A program made the position numbers and the translations under genes. Shown piece by piece: positions 1 through 9,622 of a stretch of DNA of 64,000 bases; the stretch's first letter is position 1, and each line of letters opens with the position of its first letter. The stretch lies in the NCBI GenBank assembly GCA_050250895.1, contig JBFWNU010000004.1, positions 64,001 to 128,000 of the forward strand. The letters are read 5' to 3'. Under the pieces are notes generated by a model. That model was not told the DNA's origin and ran no database searches. It saw only the letters and a program-made list of their open reading frames with translations. The stretch is from Vulcanimicrobiota bacterium (GTDB lineage: Bacteria; Vulcanimicrobiota; Xenobia; Xenobiales; JADMJV01).

Positions 1-189
1 GACGCCATCAACTCCGACGGCAACCGTCCCACCGACTACGCCAACACCAACCATAAGGAAGACTTCGCCGAATCGTGGGCCATCTATCTCGAGGCTCGCG
101 AGCAGGGTGACGATGCCCTCGAAGAATTCGCTCAGCAATATCCTCACCGTTTCGATATTCTCGACGAGATCTACGAGAACGCCGCCTAA
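1..189 (+). CDS. C-terminal fragment of a zincin-like metallopeptidase-domain protein (partial, begins before window)
   Basis: Frame 1 reads DAINSDGNRPTDYANTNHKEDFAESWAIY...ENAA*. TxYAxTNxxEDFAE is typical of the third-ligand helix of zincin-like domains. Confidence 0.55.
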   Translation, partial: DAINSDGNRPTDYANTNHKEDFAESWAIYLEAREQGDDALEEFAQQYPHRFDILDEIYENAA

Positions 190-192
190 ACC

Positions 193-231
193 CTCATCGA
201 TTTCTCATCCGGGGTTCAGGACGCGCTCATG
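193..231 (+). promoter_or_regulatory. Four phased direct repeats (CTCATC/CTCATC/TTCAGG/CTCATG) upstream of sulP; probable OmpR/PhoB-family binding site
   Basis: Repeats start at 193, 204, 215 and 226, an exact 11-bp period. Confidence 0.45.
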
Positions 232-252
232 CGTGAGACCTAGACTCGCGCT

Positions 253-1737
253 ATGCGTGAACTGGTTTCTCAATGGAAAAAGGATCTACCGGCTTCGGTC
301 GTGGTCTTTCTTGTAGCCCTGCCGCTGTGCATGGGCATTGCTCTGGCCTCGGGTGCTCCCCCCGCCCGAGGCCTGATCACGGGCATTATTGGCGGGCTGG
401 TAGTAGGCTTTCTGGCCGGCTGTCCTCTCCAGGTCAGCGGCCCGGCCGCCGGACTGGCCGTCATTGTCTGGGAATGCATCGAGAAGTACGGCCTGGAGAG
501 CCTGGGCGTGCTCGTGCTCGGCTGTGGAATCTTCCAGTTTCTGGCGGGTCAGCTCGGGCTCGGACGCTGGTTTCAGGCCGTCTCGCCCGCCGTCATCAAG
601 GGAATGCTGGCCGGGATCGGACTTTTGATCTTCGCCAGCCAGTTCCATGTGATGGTGGACGACAGCCCCAAAGGTGGTGGCTGGGCCAACATCTCTTCGC
701 TACCAGGAGCGGTGATGAAGGGCGTCATTCCCACCGAGAACACCACCCACCACCTGGCCGCCATGATCGGCCTCACCACGCTGATCGTGATCGTGGCCTG
801 GAACTACCTGCGACCGAAATCGCTGAAGCTGGTCCCCGCTCCCCTGGTGGCCATCGTGGTGGCCACTGCCGCCGCCTGGAGCCTGCCCATCTCGCGCGTG
901 AAAGTACCCGCCAACCTGGCGGACGTGGTAGCCTTCCCGACCTTCTCCAACCTCAGTTTTGACCTGCTGCTGGCGGCCCTGGCCATGGCCTTTATCGCCA
1001 GCGCCGAGACGCTGCTCTGCGCCACCGCCGTCGATGCGCTCCACGACGGGCCCCGCACCAACTATGACCAGGAACTGCGGGCCCAGGGGGTAGGCAACCT
1101 GCTGTGTGGACTGGTCGGAGCCCTGCCCATGACCGGCGTCATCGTGCGCAGTTCGGCCAACATCGAGGCGGGTGGAAAGAGCCGACTGTCGGCCATCCTT
1201 CACGGGGTCTGGCTGCTGGCTTTCGTGGCCCTGCTGCCGTTCGTGCTAGAGCTCATTCCCACGGCTGCCCTGGCCGCCGTGCTGGTCTACATCGGTTATC
1301 GCCTGGTCGACCTGTCGGTCATCAAGAAACTCAAGAAATACGGCTGGGGCGAGGTGGGCGTCTATGTCGCCACCCTGACCGTGATCGTCTTCGACGACCT
1401 GCTCCACGGCGTCCTGGTAGGTCTGGCCCTGGCGATGTTGCGGCTGGTCTATAATCTGAGCCACCTCGACGTGCGCTCCGACGACAACGGTCGTGACATC
1501 GACCTGCATCTCGAAGGGGCGGCCACCTTCGTCAGCCTGCCGCGCCTGGCCAGTGCTCTCGAAGGCCTGCCCACGCGCCGGCGGGTGCGGGTGCACCTCA
1601 ACCGGCTGCACCTGGTCGACCACGCCTGCGTCGAGTTGCTGACCAACTTCGACCGGCTGTACACCAACGGAGGCGGCCAACTCGAAGTGGAATGGAACGA
1701 GCTGACCAGTCGAACCAACCTCAAGGTAGCAAGCTAA
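253..1737 (+). CDS. SulP family inorganic anion transporter with C-terminal STAS-like domain
   Basis: DLPASVVVFLVALPLCMGIALASG, QVSGPAAGL and PMTGVIVRSSAN motifs; many TM helices. Confidence 0.93.
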   Translation: MRELVSQWKKDLPASVVVFLVALPLCMGIALASGAPPARGLITGIIGGLVVGFLAGCPLQVSGPAAGLAVIVWECIEKYGLESLGVLVLGCGIFQFLAGQLGLGRWFQAVSPAVIKGMLAGIGLLIFASQFHVMVDDSPKGGGWANISSLPGAVMKGVIPTENTTHHLAAMIGLTTLIVIVAWNYLRPKSLKLVPAPLVAIVVATAAAWSLPISRVKVPANLADVVAFPTFSNLSFDLLLAALAMAFIASAETLLCATAVDALHDGPRTNYDQELRAQGVGNLLCGLVGALPMTGVIVRSSANIEAGGKSRLSAILHGVWLLAFVALLPFVLELIPTAALAAVLVYIGYRLVDLSVIKKLKKYGWGEVGVYVATLTVIVFDDLLHGVLVGLALAMLRLVYNLSHLDVRSDDNGRDIDLHLEGAATFVSLPRLASALEGLPTRRRVRVHLNRLHLVDHACVELLTNFDRLYTNGGGQLEVEWNELTSRTNLKVAS

Positions 1738-2128
1738 AGCCAGCCACCTGGAAGTGCCCATCGAAAGTAAAGGCAGCGGCGATCCCACGCTCTTGCATCA
1801 GGGCAAAACTGACGGCGTCGACAAAACTGAAGTCTTGGTCGCGATACTTGCTCAGCCATTCGCGAGCCGCCTCTTCCAGAGGCGGAGTCGAGCACAGCTT
1901 TTCGAGCTTGGGACTCTGACTCAAGACCTCTAGAAAACGGAGTCCGACTGCCACGCCGCGCCTCCTTCCCAGGAGGGCATAGGTCTCGCCAACAACGAGA
2001 TTGGTGGTCAGCAGACGCCGATAATTTCTTAGCGCCGCGCGGTAGAAGTCGGCGGCTGGGCGGTGGTAGGTGTCACGCGGATTGAACACGGCCAACCATC
2101 CAGCCGTGTCGACGAAAAGCTCATTCAT
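1721..2128 (-). CDS. vapC: VapC/PIN-domain toxin
   Basis: LFVDTAGW...GETYALL...FSFVDAVSFALM...AFTFDGHF PIN acidic motifs; ATG at 2128 overlaps the antitoxin stop. Confidence 0.9.
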   Translation of the reverse strand: MNELFVDTAGWLAVFNPRDTYHRPAADFYRAALRNYRRLLTTNLVVGETYALLGRRRGVAVGLRFLEVLSQSPKLEKLCSTPPLEEAAREWLSKYRDQDFSFVDAVSFALMQERGIAAAFTFDGHFQVAGFSLLP

Positions 2129-2369
2129 CTCCGGCAAGATAGGCGTCATGCTCAGTGGCCAGGTCGGAAGGCAGGTCAAGCCCCTCGGCCAGCCCGATCA
2201 AGTCGAGGGCCGGGTCGTCGTCAGCTTGATAGCGAAGACTCAGAAGGTGGTCAATCCCTTCTCTTACCAGGGCCGCTTTGGAGGTCTTCAAACGCGTGGC
2301 CAGTTGATCGAGTTCATGATATTGACGCTCGGTGAGGTAAAGCTGATATGGCTTCATGGACTCGCTCAT
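2121..2369 (-). CDS. Ribbon-helix-helix antitoxin (VapB-like)
   Basis: YQLYLTERQYHELDQLA...SKAALVREGID RHH pattern; C-terminal DLATEHDAYL; directly upstream of the PIN toxin. Confidence 0.85.
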   Translation of the reverse strand: MSESMKPYQLYLTERQYHELDQLATRLKTSKAALVREGIDHLLSLRYQADDDPALDLIGLAEGLDLPSDLATEHDAYLAGDE

Positions 2370-2452
2370 TAGATCGACTTCACCATACCACTATCATGAC
2401 ACGGATGCAAGACTCGAGAAGGTGGCCGGTGGTCTCGGTCAAAGAGCCCGGC

Positions 2453-3406
2453 ATGACCAGGACACTTCAAACCTCGCCGGCCAACCCTGACCGAGTCGGC
2501 TCGCTTCCCGAGTGGTTTCCGCTTCAGTGGACCAAGCTCGACACTCCTATCCTCTCTCCGCGCGAGCGGGGCTTTGACTCGCGTAACGTCTACAATGTAG
2601 CCGCCTGCCAGCAAGGCAACACCACCACTTTGCTGGTTCGCGGCGAGACCCGTGAAGAGGCCCCGACCCTGTGCACGGGGCGCCTGGGCCTGGCGTTCAG
2701 CGAGGACGGGGTCACCTTTCACCGTGAGGTCGACCCGGTGCTGGTGCCCGACGCCCCCTACGAAGCGCGCGGAGTCGAGGACCCGCGTCTGATCGAGGTG
2801 GACGGGACCTACTATCTGACCTACACCTCCTATGACGGCAACAAGGCGCGCTTGTGTCTGGCCACCAGCCCGGACCTGCGCAACTGGCGCCGCTACGGCC
2901 CGCTCTTTCCCGAGTTTCCTGAATTTGACCACTGGACCAAATCGGGGGCCATCCTGGCCCGTCCCGGCCGCCACGTCATGTACTTCGGAGACTTTGACAT
3001 CTGGATGGCCACCTCAGACAACCTGACCGACTGGGAATACCGCTCCCAGCCGGTGATTGCTCGCCGTCCCGACAGCTTCGAGAGCCGCCTCATCGAGCCC
3101 GGCCCCCCGCCCTTTCTGACCCGCCACGGCATCGTGCTCATCTACAACTGCGCCGACCGGCGCAACCGCTACTCGACCACGGCCGCACTGTTCCATCCCG
3201 ACCGCCCCTGGGAGTTGCTGGACCGCCTGGAGGAGCCCTTTCTCAAGCCCAGCCTCGACTGGGAAATCTATGGCTATGTCAATCATGTCACCTTCGCCGA
3301 AGGTCTGGTGAGGCGGGGAGACCGCTTCTATCTTTACTACGGCGGAGCCGACCGCCACGTGGGTCTAGCGCAAGCCACCGTGCCCAAAGGTTATCTGGCC
3401 GATTGA
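2453..3406 (+). CDS. Glycoside hydrolase family 130 protein (beta-mannoside phosphorylase/hydrolase-like)
   Basis: RNVYN, GVEDPRL, YYLTYTSYDG, WTKSGAI, IEPGPPP, VTFAEG and YYGGAD motifs; start placed at MTRTL. Confidence 0.88.
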   Translation: MTRTLQTSPANPDRVGSLPEWFPLQWTKLDTPILSPRERGFDSRNVYNVAACQQGNTTTLLVRGETREEAPTLCTGRLGLAFSEDGVTFHREVDPVLVPDAPYEARGVEDPRLIEVDGTYYLTYTSYDGNKARLCLATSPDLRNWRRYGPLFPEFPEFDHWTKSGAILARPGRHVMYFGDFDIWMATSDNLTDWEYRSQPVIARRPDSFESRLIEPGPPPFLTRHGIVLIYNCADRRNRYSTTAALFHPDRPWELLDRLEEPFLKPSLDWEIYGYVNHVTFAEGLVRRGDRFYLYYGGADRHVGLAQATVPKGYLAD

Positions 3407-5106
3407 ACCGCTGGCTCCTGCTCGGGCTGGTGCTGCTCCTGACAGGCTGCGCGCGCACCGTCGACCCCAGGGTCCTGCGGGCCGGCGGCGACTGGTCGCC
3501 GCCGCCGGCTTACCACGGCAACCCCTTCGGCTTCGGCGGAGTGGGCGCCGCCTATCACTTCGTCTTCGAGCCGCTCTTTAGCTACGTCCCCGAGACGGGC
3601 CAATGGCTGCCTCGGCTCGGACTCTCCTATGAGGATGAGGGCCGCACCACCACCGTCCACTTGCGACCCGACAATCGCTGGCACGACGGCTCGCCGGTAA
3701 CGGCCGAGGATGTGCGGGCCAACCTGTTGCTGCTCATCCTGCGGGGCCATCCGGTAGGCGAGTTCTGCAGCCGCATCGAGGTAGTCGACCCTCTGACTTT
3801 GCGCTTTCACTGGCGCTACCTGACCGAAGACCTCAAGACCATGGTCTTGGCCGAGCTGGTCTACTTTCCGGCCAAGGCCTTTCCCGGCCCCCTGGCCGTG
3901 GTCGAAGACTTTCGGCGACTGGGTCTGCAGCGCGAGCAAGAGGCTCCCCCCGAGCTGCAAAAGCGGATGGCCGAGGCCCGCCAACAACTGTTGCGCTATC
4001 GCCCCGAACTGGCATCGGGCACCGGCCCCTTTCGCATGACCCGGGTGACCGCTTCCGAAATGGTCTTCGAAAAGTTTGCCCAGCACCCGCTGGCCAGTCG
4101 TCTGGATTACGATCAGTTGCGCGTCTTTCGCATCGGCAGCAACGAAGTCGGCTGGGCCATGCTGTTGTCGAATCAGCTCGACTTCGTGGCCATGGCCTGT
4201 CCCATCGACCTGACCGCCGAAATCCAGCGCAAGAACCCCAACTATCGGGTGGCCCTGCCCGCCGACGGCAACGAAGTCGGCTTCATCCTCAATTCGCGGC
4301 GCCTGGCGCCGGCACTGCGCCAGGCCCTGATTCTGGCCCTGGATCGCGACGGCGTGCGCCGCATCGCCTTTCCTTACGGTGAGACGGTGGACGACCGCGG
4401 GTTGGGCGTGCTGGCTTCGTTGCGCTCCAAGTGGCTGACAGCCGAAGAACTGGCCACCTTCCAACCCCGCAGCCACCAACCCGAGCAAGCCCGCCAAATC
4501 TTGGAAAAGGCGGGCTACCGGCTGGTCGAAGGACGCTGGCACGACGCGGCCGGCCAGCCCCTGGCCCTCACCGTCACCTGTCGGGGCGGTTACACCGACT
4601 TTATCCTGATGGCCGAGGTGGCGGCGGCCCAGTGGGACAGGTTCGGCATCGCCACCCAGATTCGCGTGGTCCCCCCCGACCTCTACCCGACCCTGTTGAC
4701 GGCCGGCGACTTTCAAGTGACGGCCACCTTCGGCGTGATGCACGGGCGTTTTGTCACTCCGGTGGCCGGTCTCGAGCGCTTCTTCTATCCCGGCAACGAA
4801 GTCAACAAGGCCATGGGCTTGCCCCCCCGCCTCGAGGTAGACGGCGAGCGCTTTAGCTCGGATCAACTGATTCGCTCCTTGCGCCGGGAAGAAGACCCCA
4901 CCCGACTGCGGCGGGGGGTCTATCTGCTCAGCCGGGCCCTCTACGATCAGGCCGTCTATCTGCCCGTCTTCGAAAAACGCAACCCGATGTTCTATGCCGA
5001 GGGACCGGTGGTGCACGGCTGGCCCGACAACCAGGACCCGACCTGGTCCAATGTCGTGTGCGGGGCCGAGCAGACCTTTCTGGATGTGCTCTTGTTCGAC
5101 CAATGA
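3403..5106 (+). CDS. ABC transporter substrate-binding lipoprotein (family 5, oligopeptide/oligosaccharide)
   Basis: Lipobox LLTGC; WHDGSPVTAEDV; GTGPF. Confidence 0.88.
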   Translation: MNRWLLLGLVLLLTGCARTVDPRVLRAGGDWSPPPAYHGNPFGFGGVGAAYHFVFEPLFSYVPETGQWLPRLGLSYEDEGRTTTVHLRPDNRWHDGSPVTAEDVRANLLLLILRGHPVGEFCSRIEVVDPLTLRFHWRYLTEDLKTMVLAELVYFPAKAFPGPLAVVEDFRRLGLQREQEAPPELQKRMAEARQQLLRYRPELASGTGPFRMTRVTASEMVFEKFAQHPLASRLDYDQLRVFRIGSNEVGWAMLLSNQLDFVAMACPIDLTAEIQRKNPNYRVALPADGNEVGFILNSRRLAPALRQALILALDRDGVRRIAFPYGETVDDRGLGVLASLRSKWLTAEELATFQPRSHQPEQARQILEKAGYRLVEGRWHDAAGQPLALTVTCRGGYTDFILMAEVAAAQWDRFGIATQIRVVPPDLYPTLLTAGDFQVTATFGVMHGRFVTPVAGLERFFYPGNEVNKAMGLPPRLEVDGERFSSDQLIRSLRREEDPTRLRRGVYLLSRALYDQAVYLPVFEKRNPMFYAEGPVVHGWPDNQDPTWSNVVCGAEQTFLDVLLFDQ

Positions 5107-6086
5107 AACGGCTGGTGCGCAATAGCCTGTTGACCCTGTGGGCGGCCACCACCCTCACCTTCATCCTGATCCGCCAGATGCCCGGCGACATCGTCTATCA
5201 GTGGGCCCTGCAGCTGCAGGCCATGCAGGGGATCGACTTTCAACAGGCCGAGGCCCAGGTCAAGGTGATGCTCAACTATCAACCGGGCCAGACCATCTGG
5301 ACCCAGTATTTCAGCTATCTGGGCGGCCTGCTGCAGGGCAACCTGGGCACCAGCCTGGTCTATCAAATCCCGGTCTGGAAGGTGATCGCCCTGGCCCTGC
5401 CCTGGACGCTTGTCATCGCCTGCGGAGCGGTGAGCCTGTCGTTTGTGCTGGGCACCGGCCTGGGATTGCTGGCCGCCTGGAAGCGCCAGACCCGTTTGCC
5501 CGACCTGCTGCGCCTGTATGCCACCGTCAGCCAGGCCATTCCCGACTTTCTGGTGGGCCTGTTGCTGGTGGCTTTGTTCGGGATCAAGTTTCCCATCTTT
5601 CCGATGCGCGGAGCCTATTCGACCTTCGTCGAGCCGGGCCTCAACCCGGCCTTTCTGGCCGACGTGGCCTACCACGCCATCTTGCCCATTCTGGCCTTTG
5701 CCACCCCGATGATCGCCGACTGGGCGATGGCCGCTTTCGCCAGCGCCAGCTCGGTCCGCGAAGAGCTGTTTCTGGTCTCGGCCGAGGCCCAGGGCCTGAC
5801 GGTAGGCCGCATCGTGCGCTCTTATCTGGGTCCCAATGCACTTTTGCCCCTGGTGCCGGGCCTGGCCTCGAGCTTTGCGGGCGTGCTCGGAGGAGTCGTG
5901 CTGGTGGAGGCCATCTTCGGCTACCCCGGCCTGGGCCTGTTTCTGGCCCGCTCCATCGAACTGCGCGACTTTCCCTTGATGCAGGGTCTGTTCTTGCTGA
6001 CCACGGTGGCCACCATCGTGGCCAATTTGGCGGGTGAACTGGTGATCCGTCGCCTCGATCCGCGCATCGCCAAGGAGGCCGCGTGA
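5103..6086 (+). CDS. ABC transporter permease (DppB-like)
   Basis: QMPGD, GNLGTSL, VEAIFGYPGLG, RDFPLMQG and LDPRI motifs. Confidence 0.9.
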   Translation: MKRLVRNSLLTLWAATTLTFILIRQMPGDIVYQWALQLQAMQGIDFQQAEAQVKVMLNYQPGQTIWTQYFSYLGGLLQGNLGTSLVYQIPVWKVIALALPWTLVIACGAVSLSFVLGTGLGLLAAWKRQTRLPDLLRLYATVSQAIPDFLVGLLLVALFGIKFPIFPMRGAYSTFVEPGLNPAFLADVAYHAILPILAFATPMIADWAMAAFASASSVREELFLVSAEAQGLTVGRIVRSYLGPNALLPLVPGLASSFAGVLGGVVLVEAIFGYPGLGLFLARSIELRDFPLMQGLFLLTTVATIVANLAGELVIRRLDPRIAKEAA

Positions 6087-6937
6087 AGGTTCTACTGGCC
6101 CGCTTCTGGTCCAACCGCAAAGCGGCCATCTGCCTGGTGCTGCTGGGCTTGCTGGTAGTGGTGGCCTTCGGAGCCCACCTGGTGGGCCAGCTCGATCGCA
6201 CTCCCAATGCCGACCTGCGCTTTGCCCCGCCCTCGCCCAGCCATTGGTTGGGCACCGATTACGCCGGCCGCGACATCGGGATGCAGCTGGTCTTCGGGGC
6301 CCGCGACGTGATCACGGTCAGTCTGTTGACCGGCTTTTTTGCCGTCTGTTTTGCCCTGGTGCTGGGCATGACCGCCGCCTATGCGGCCGGCCAGCGCCTG
6401 GATTCGGTCATCACGGCCGTGATCGACATCTTTTTGACCGTGCCAAACTTTCCCATCATGGCCATCGCGGCCGCCTTGTTTCAAGTGCGCAATCCCGTCA
6501 CCTTCGCCCTGGTGCTGGCCGTCTGGGCCTGGCCCGATCTGGCCCGTGGCGTGCGAGCCCAGGTGCTCTCCTTGCGCACCCGCGAATTCGTCGAGGCTGC
6601 TCAGGTTCAGGCCATGGGCCGCTGGCACATCCTGACCGGCGAGATTCTGCCCAACCTCATCCCCTTCACCCTGGTCCACTTCATCCGCCTATCCCGCGAT
6701 GCGGTGGCCATCTCGGTGGGCATCATGCTGCTGGGCCTGGTTCCCCTGCGGGTCGAAAACTGGGGTATGATGCTCAACCTGGCGGCCGTGCAATCAGGAG
6801 CTATCTACATCCCGCGGGCCTTCAGCTATCTACTCTCGCCGCTGGCGGCCATCGTGACCTATCAGTATCTGTTGATCTGCATCGCCCAGGGGGTGGAAGA
6901 GGCCTTTGACCCTCGGCTGGCCGGAGGGTCCCGATGA
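6083..6937 (+). CDS. ABC transporter permease (DppC-like)
   Basis: PPSPSHWLGTDYAGRD; EFVEAA loop. Confidence 0.9.
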   Translation: MKVLLARFWSNRKAAICLVLLGLLVVVAFGAHLVGQLDRTPNADLRFAPPSPSHWLGTDYAGRDIGMQLVFGARDVITVSLLTGFFAVCFALVLGMTAAYAAGQRLDSVITAVIDIFLTVPNFPIMAIAAALFQVRNPVTFALVLAVWAWPDLARGVRAQVLSLRTREFVEAAQVQAMGRWHILTGEILPNLIPFTLVHFIRLSRDAVAISVGIMLLGLVPLRVENWGMMLNLAAVQSGAIYIPRAFSYLLSPLAAIVTYQYLLICIAQGVEEAFDPRLAGGSR

Positions 6938-7896
6938 GCACGAGCCTGAGCAACTTCAGCCTCTCTTACCAAACCCGCCAGGGACCCCTACTCTGCCTGG
7001 ACGCCCTCGACCTCGAACTGCCGTCCGGCCAGGTCACGGCCCTGGTGGGCGAATCGGGCAGCGGCAAGAGCACCCTGGCGCGCGCCCTGCTCGGCCTTTT
7101 GCCCAGCAACGCCGTGATCCATCCCGGCAGCAGTTGCCAGGTGGAAGGAGCCGACCTGCTCAAACTGGCTCCCGAAGAGCTGCGACGCTTTCGCTGGGTC
7201 AAGGCCTCGATGGTCTTTCAAGCGGCCCAGACGGCCCTCAACCCCCTGCGCCCCATCGGGCAAACCTTTCAAGACGTGGCCCGGGCCCATCCCGACGCCC
7301 GGCCCATCGCCGTCGACGAGCTTTTGCGCGAGGTCCAACTCGATCCCGACCGGGTCCTACCCAGCTATCCCCATCAGCTCTCGGGCGGCATGAAGCAGCG
7401 GGTGGTCATCGCCCTGGCCCTGCTGCTCGACCCGCCCTTCGTGGTGCTCGACGAGCCCACCACAGCCCTTGACCTGCTCACCCAGGCTACCGTCTTCTCT
7501 CTGCTTCGCGGGGTGCAGGCCCGCCGCCAGACCACCATGTTGTTCATCACCCACGACCTGTCGGCAGTGGCTCAGCTGGCCCACCGGGTGGTGGTACTCT
7601 ACGCCGGGCGGCTGGTCGAAGAAGGTCCCGTCGAGGCCATCTTCGCCAACCCCCAGCACCCCTACACGGTCGAACTGGTCGCCTCGGCGCCTCGCCTGGA
7701 CCGCCCCGGAGCTCGCCCCCAGCGCAAGTTTCACCCGCCCTCGGCCGGCTACCGCTCGCCAGCCGGCTGCGTCTTCGCAGCCAGCTGCCCCCGGGCCGAC
7801 GCCCACTGCGCCGCCAACCGCCCGCCCCTGACGGCTGGGCCGTCCACTTCGTTTGCCTGTTTTCACCCGGAGGCCGAGTGTCGCTCGTCGAGTTAG
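6934..7896 (+). CDS. ABC transporter ATP-binding protein (DppD-like)
   Basis: GESGSGKS, LSGGMKQR, LDEPTTALD; C-terminal Cys motif. Confidence 0.93.
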   Translation: MSTSLSNFSLSYQTRQGPLLCLDALDLELPSGQVTALVGESGSGKSTLARALLGLLPSNAVIHPGSSCQVEGADLLKLAPEELRRFRWVKASMVFQAAQTALNPLRPIGQTFQDVARAHPDARPIAVDELLREVQLDPDRVLPSYPHQLSGGMKQRVVIALALLLDPPFVVLDEPTTALDLLTQATVFSLLRGVQARRQTTMLFITHDLSAVAQLAHRVVVLYAGRLVEEGPVEAIFANPQHPYTVELVASAPRLDRPGARPQRKFHPPSAGYRSPAGCVFAASCPRADAHCAANRPPLTAGPSTSFACFHPEAECRSSS

Positions 7897-8840
7897 CCAG
7901 CCTGCGCGTAGCCTTTCCGCATCCCAGCCTGGGGCAGGTCGAGATTCTGCGCGGCATCGACCTGTCCATCGCCGAAGGTGAGCTGCTCACGGTGGTGGGC
8001 GAGTCGGGTTGCGGCAAGAGCACTCTCGGCCGGGTCATTCTCGGCCTGCAAAAGCCTACGGGTGGCAGCGTCAGCTATGAGGGCCGGCAGCTGCACACCC
8101 CCGACTTTGAGTGGACCACCGAGCGGCGCCTCATGGTCTCGGTGGTCCATCAAGACAGCTATGCCGCCCTCAACCCCCTGCGCACGGTGGGAGCCATCCT
8201 GCGCGCCCCCCTGCGCCGCCATCGCCCCGATTGCGACCAGGAAAAGACCATCCGTGACCTCCTGAGCGAAGTCGGCCTGACTCCGCCAGAACGCTATCTC
8301 GACGCCTATTCTTTCCAGCTCTCGGGCGGCCAACGCCAGCGGGTGGCCCTGGCCCGGGCCGTTTTGCTCGAACCCCGCCTGGTAGTGGCCGACGAGCCGA
8401 TTTCGGGCGTCGATGCCGCCGTCAAGCTGGAGATTCTCGACCTGATTCGCCGCTTTAACGGCGAACGGGGCACGGCTTTCGTCTATATCACCCACGATCT
8501 GGCCACGGCCAGCCTCATGGAACGCTCGCGGCTGCTGGTGCTCTATCTCGGCCAGGTGGTCGAACTCGGATCCATGCCAAAGCTGCTGAAACAACCCGGC
8601 CACCCCTACCTGCAGGCGCTGCTCTCGGCGGTGGTGCCACCCGATCCTGAACAGGCTCGCCAACGCCCGCCACTCGATCCGGCCCTGGCCGAAAATCCCG
8701 ATCCGGCCCGACCACCTTCAGGCTGCCTGTTCCACCCCCGCTGCCCTGGCTGCTTCGAGCCCTGCCCCGGCCAGCGCCCCACCCTTCTCTCTGTGGGCGA
8801 TGACCACCAGGTGGCCTGCCATCTTTTTTCCGAGATTTAA
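7878..8840 (+). CDS. ABC transporter ATP-binding protein (DppF-like)
   Basis: GESGCGKS, LSGGQRQR, ADEP, GCLFHPRC. Confidence 0.93.
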   Translation: MSLVELASLRVAFPHPSLGQVEILRGIDLSIAEGELLTVVGESGCGKSTLGRVILGLQKPTGGSVSYEGRQLHTPDFEWTTERRLMVSVVHQDSYAALNPLRTVGAILRAPLRRHRPDCDQEKTIRDLLSEVGLTPPERYLDAYSFQLSGGQRQRVALARAVLLEPRLVVADEPISGVDAAVKLEILDLIRRFNGERGTAFVYITHDLATASLMERSRLLVLYLGQVVELGSMPKLLKQPGHPYLQALLSAVVPPDPEQARQRPPLDPALAENPDPARPPSGCLFHPRCPGCFEPCPGQRPTLLSVGDDHQVACHLFSEI

Positions 8841-8887
8841 CGATTCTGCAACATCGACCTATTACACTGGGTGGGCAGGAGGTTGAC

Positions 8888-9577
8888 ATGGTTCCTATTG
8901 GGCTCTCCCCTACCCGCCCGCCCCAGACGCCGGCCGCGCGTTCGGCCACCCACACGCCGCTGCCCGGTGAACCCGAGCCGCAAGCACCTTCCGACCAGGC
9001 TACGGTCAGTCGCTCTGGTGGTTCGAGCATCCGCAAGTGGTCGCTGGTAGCCCTGGCCGCGCTGGGCATCGGCGCCATGACCATCGCCACCACCAGCGCC
9101 CCTCCCGGCGTAGCCCAGGCCATGTCGGTCCAAACTGCGCCCACCACCCAACAGAGCGAGCAACTCTCCGACGGAGCACCCTTCGCCCTCTACCGCCACA
9201 ACGGCGAAGTAGTGGTCAACGTCGGCATCGGCGATCAGGTCATCTTTCCCAACGGTCTCGAGGGCGACTACGCCCACTACCGGCTACCCGGGGCCGAAGC
9301 CAACGCGGTCCATCAAGACGGCGAGTCCGTTTGCAAACAGGCCCTCGACCTGGGCGGGGCCCGCTGCGCCGGTGAAAACGCGGCCTATCTGCAGTCCCCT
9401 TCCGGCACCGTTTTCGTCGAGCAGACGGGCGTGAACACCTTGCACATCGTCAACGCTGACGGAGCCGACATCACCGTCGAGAGCCAGCCCAAAGGAGTCG
9501 ACGCCAAGGCCTCTTACCCCGATCAGTTCATCGGCGGAGCCCACTTCTACAACGACGGTCAAATCGGGCACTATTAG
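8888..9577 (+). CDS. Hypothetical exported/membrane-anchored protein
   Basis: GGAGG RBS; Pro-rich N-terminus, one hydrophobic helix, beta-rich domain with a Cys pair. Confidence 0.7.
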   Translation: MVPIGLSPTRPPQTPAARSATHTPLPGEPEPQAPSDQATVSRSGGSSIRKWSLVALAALGIGAMTIATTSAPPGVAQAMSVQTAPTTQQSEQLSDGAPFALYRHNGEVVVNVGIGDQVIFPNGLEGDYAHYRLPGAEANAVHQDGESVCKQALDLGGARCAGENAAYLQSPSGTVFVEQTGVNTLHIVNADGADITVESQPKGVDAKASYPDQFIGGAHFYNDGQIGHY

Positions 9578-9622
9578 AGGCTACACTAGGGAGCGGGGTT
9601 GCCCGGGGCGAATCGCGGGCCC

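Noticed and set aside
3391-5103. Long antisense ORFs (e.g. 570 aa here, 13303-14454, 27522-28544, and the N-terminal part of 20226-21956)
   Set aside because: Shadow frames of GC-rich genes with clear homology on the opposite strand; no recognisable motifs.
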